Shown here: piece by piece, positions 62,071 to 64,000 of the stretch | Numbering within the stretch: the first letter of the stretch is position 1 | How the letters are laid out: the number at the start of each line of letters is the position of its first letter | Source of the DNA: Camelus dromedarius | Taxonomy: Eukaryota | Reading direction: 5' to 3' | Length of the DNA stretch: 64,000 nt | Assembly: GCF_036321535.1 (NCBI RefSeq) | Contig: NC_087436.1 | Coordinates: 103,852,001-103,916,000, forward strand | Notes under the pieces: generated by a model | Seen by the model: the letters and a program-made list of their open reading frames with translations, nothing else | Told to the model about the DNA's origin: nothing | Databases searched by the model: none | Program-made: the position numbers and the translations under genes

Positions 62071-62869
62071 CGAGGAGAAAACCCGGTGCGCACATCTTCC
62101 TGGAGCACCTGTGATCTACAAAGATTCAGGGGGTAATATAATTTTCATATTAAAATGAATTATTACATGCAGGGGAACTTAATATGCATCGTTAAAATCA
62201 AATAAATGTCATGCCTTTGGTCTGTGCGTTTGGACCGCACATGGAGATCTCTGGGAAGATGGGTTTCCTCTCGTTTGCAGTTGAAGTTTCCTCCATAAAA
62301 GAGTGCAAGGAGCCCACTGCACCCTGCCACCTCCCTGCAAGTAAACAGACAACAAGTAAGAACAGCAAGACACCAGACGCCGTTTTTCGACTTTTTTGTC
62401 TTTAATGCAGTCTCAGTCCCTTGTGGGACTCGCGAGTGAGAGCAGATGGTGCTCTTTCCCTTCCTGCGCCGCCCCACCTTGTCTTCGAGTTCTGACACAA
62501 CCCTGGCGAGATCCTTACAGGGGAAAGAAATGCTTTGATTTGCTTGTTGATTTCAAAGGCAAATCCCTGGGAAATGCCACGGCGCTTGTGTTCTAATTCA
62601 CCTGAGGAGGTGTTTGTGCTTACTAGAAAACAATCTTTGCAACAGGAGCAAGCCAGACACAGATGCAGGGATCGGTGGAGGTGGGGGGACCGAATAGAGG
62701 AGCTCAGAAAGTTACTGATAATTTCCTGAGATGTACAAATGTGTCACACGGGAGAGGAGAGCTAAGGGAGTAGCATGGGGCCACGTGAAAGAGTACAACT
62801 CAGCAATTCAGACTCCTTTCATTGAAAATTCGGACCCAGCCTGAACTAATAGACAACTTCCATTTAGTG

Positions 62870-63040
62870 AGTGATGAGGTGCCACAGATCTGCACACGGG
62901 GACCACTTCTATTCCTCACAACAAGCCTTCCGGGTAAGAAATGTCATTTCCATTTTACATCTGAGTGAAATGAGGCCAAAGGCCCAGGAAGTTCCCTAGG
63001 TCACTGAGTTAAAAAGGAATAACGGAGCTTCCAGTCTAGG
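62870..63040 (-). mobile_element. MIR SINE
   Basis: cctcacaacaagcc..ttccattttacatctgagtgaaatgaggcc..ctagggtcac. Confidence 0.65.
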
Positions 63041-63230
63041 GAACACATCCAGGTGCTGGGAGGGTGGCGTGCGGGGCGGGCAGGGCATGGAAGCTCCCTC
63101 TTCCCATACACATCACGTCCATTTGGCTGTTCCTGAACTGTGTCCTTTATAATAAATTAGTAAACACTTGTTTTTAAAAGGGAGCAAAGTAAAACTTTCA
63201 TCTGGAGTCTGGTTGTGCAGGGCCATCGTG
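63040..63230 (+). mobile_element. MER21-like LTR fragment
   Basis: gaacacatccaggtgctgggagggtggc..agggcatggaagctcc..atttggctgttcctgaactgtgtcctttataataaa. Confidence 0.65.
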
Positions 63231-63749
63231 ACCGGCACATGCTACCCTGGAAGTGCCCTTATCATAATGGTCACCACATTCTCACTTCTGATATACTTGG
63301 AAAGCTCCGCCATCAGAGGTTTACACGCCCTTGGAAGGTCTGCGGAAGCCACTGCTTGAAGTCATCAACTCAGAAGTGTCAGGTTCATGGGGGCGATTCC
63401 TAGGAGCTCAACCAGAAGCTCTTACTAACCTCATACCAGCTTCCTCCCGCACTTCTGCCCACAGTCACCCAAGGACGAGAGCTTCGTCTTCTCCTTCACT
63501 TTCCAAATCTCACTCAGGTGGCTCTGATACACTCAGGTGGGCTGAATATACCCTAGAACCCTATGAGGAATTGTAGGGCATTAAGTCCTTGCTTCTTCCC
63601 TGAAACAAAGAAGATGGACAAAGAGGCCGCAGTGATACAGCCAGTCAGCCAAACACTAAATCGTCTATGCGTCACCCATATATAACTCCAATTTCTATAC
63701 CTAGGACTATTAAAAGACTTTTTTAAAGCATGCCATTATTGAATTCTGA

Positions 63750-64000
63750 ATCTATTTCTGCATAACAAACCAACCAGAACTTAGTGGTTTAAAACAACCA
63801 CCATTTATTTGGCTCATAAGTCTCCGGGTCAACAGTCTGGGCTGTGTGCAGCTGTGTGTCTGTGGGCAGCTTCCTTCCAATAAATCAGAAGGCTCTGATT
63901 GTCAGCCGGTGGTTGGCTGGGGTCACGTCTCTCTCATCCTCCCGCACACTGACCCAGGTTTGTTCCCATGGAGACAGACAACGATCTCACAGTGGGAATA
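63750..64000 (-). mobile_element. MLT1 LTR fragment (runs off the window)
   Basis: tgcataacaaaccaaccagaacttagtggtttaaaacaaccaccatttatt. Confidence 0.75.

Noticed and set aside
1..64000. Prokaryote-type systems (operons, CRISPR, defence islands) or assignment to a named gene locus
   Set aside because: The sequence is mammalian repeat-rich non-coding DNA. I found no regularly spaced repeat-spacer array and no exon that would let me name the locus.

Overview
Mammalian, non-coding (intergenic or deep-intronic) genomic DNA, most likely from a camelid. The evidence is a tRNA-derived SINE at 21431-21647 matching my recollection of the camelid Vic-1 family, plus several young L1 3' ends. I find no supportable protein-coding gene, RNA gene, CRISPR array or prokaryote-type system. 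The short ORFs come from microsatellites, decayed transposons or chance. Much of the window is transposable-element debris (L1, L2, MIR, MaLR/MLT1, MLT2, an intact solo ERV1-type LTR, MER5, MER45), including several nested insertions with recognisable target-site duplications (TSDs). Between these lie repeat-free blocks dense in developmental transcription-factor motifs (about 3.6-4.1, 31.8-32.4, 38.0-38.5, 48.3-49.1 and 51.1-51.7 kb) that look like enhancers. The most unusual structure is a long-range inverted repeat of mostly non-TE sequence (arms 39444-39741 and 41583-41879, spacer 1841 bp). Its 112-bp core is far better conserved than its flanks, it carries homeodomain motifs, and a strong CTCF motif lies about 200 bp away. 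TE subfamily names are recalled from consensus sequences, not from a database run. Boundaries without TSDs are approximate.
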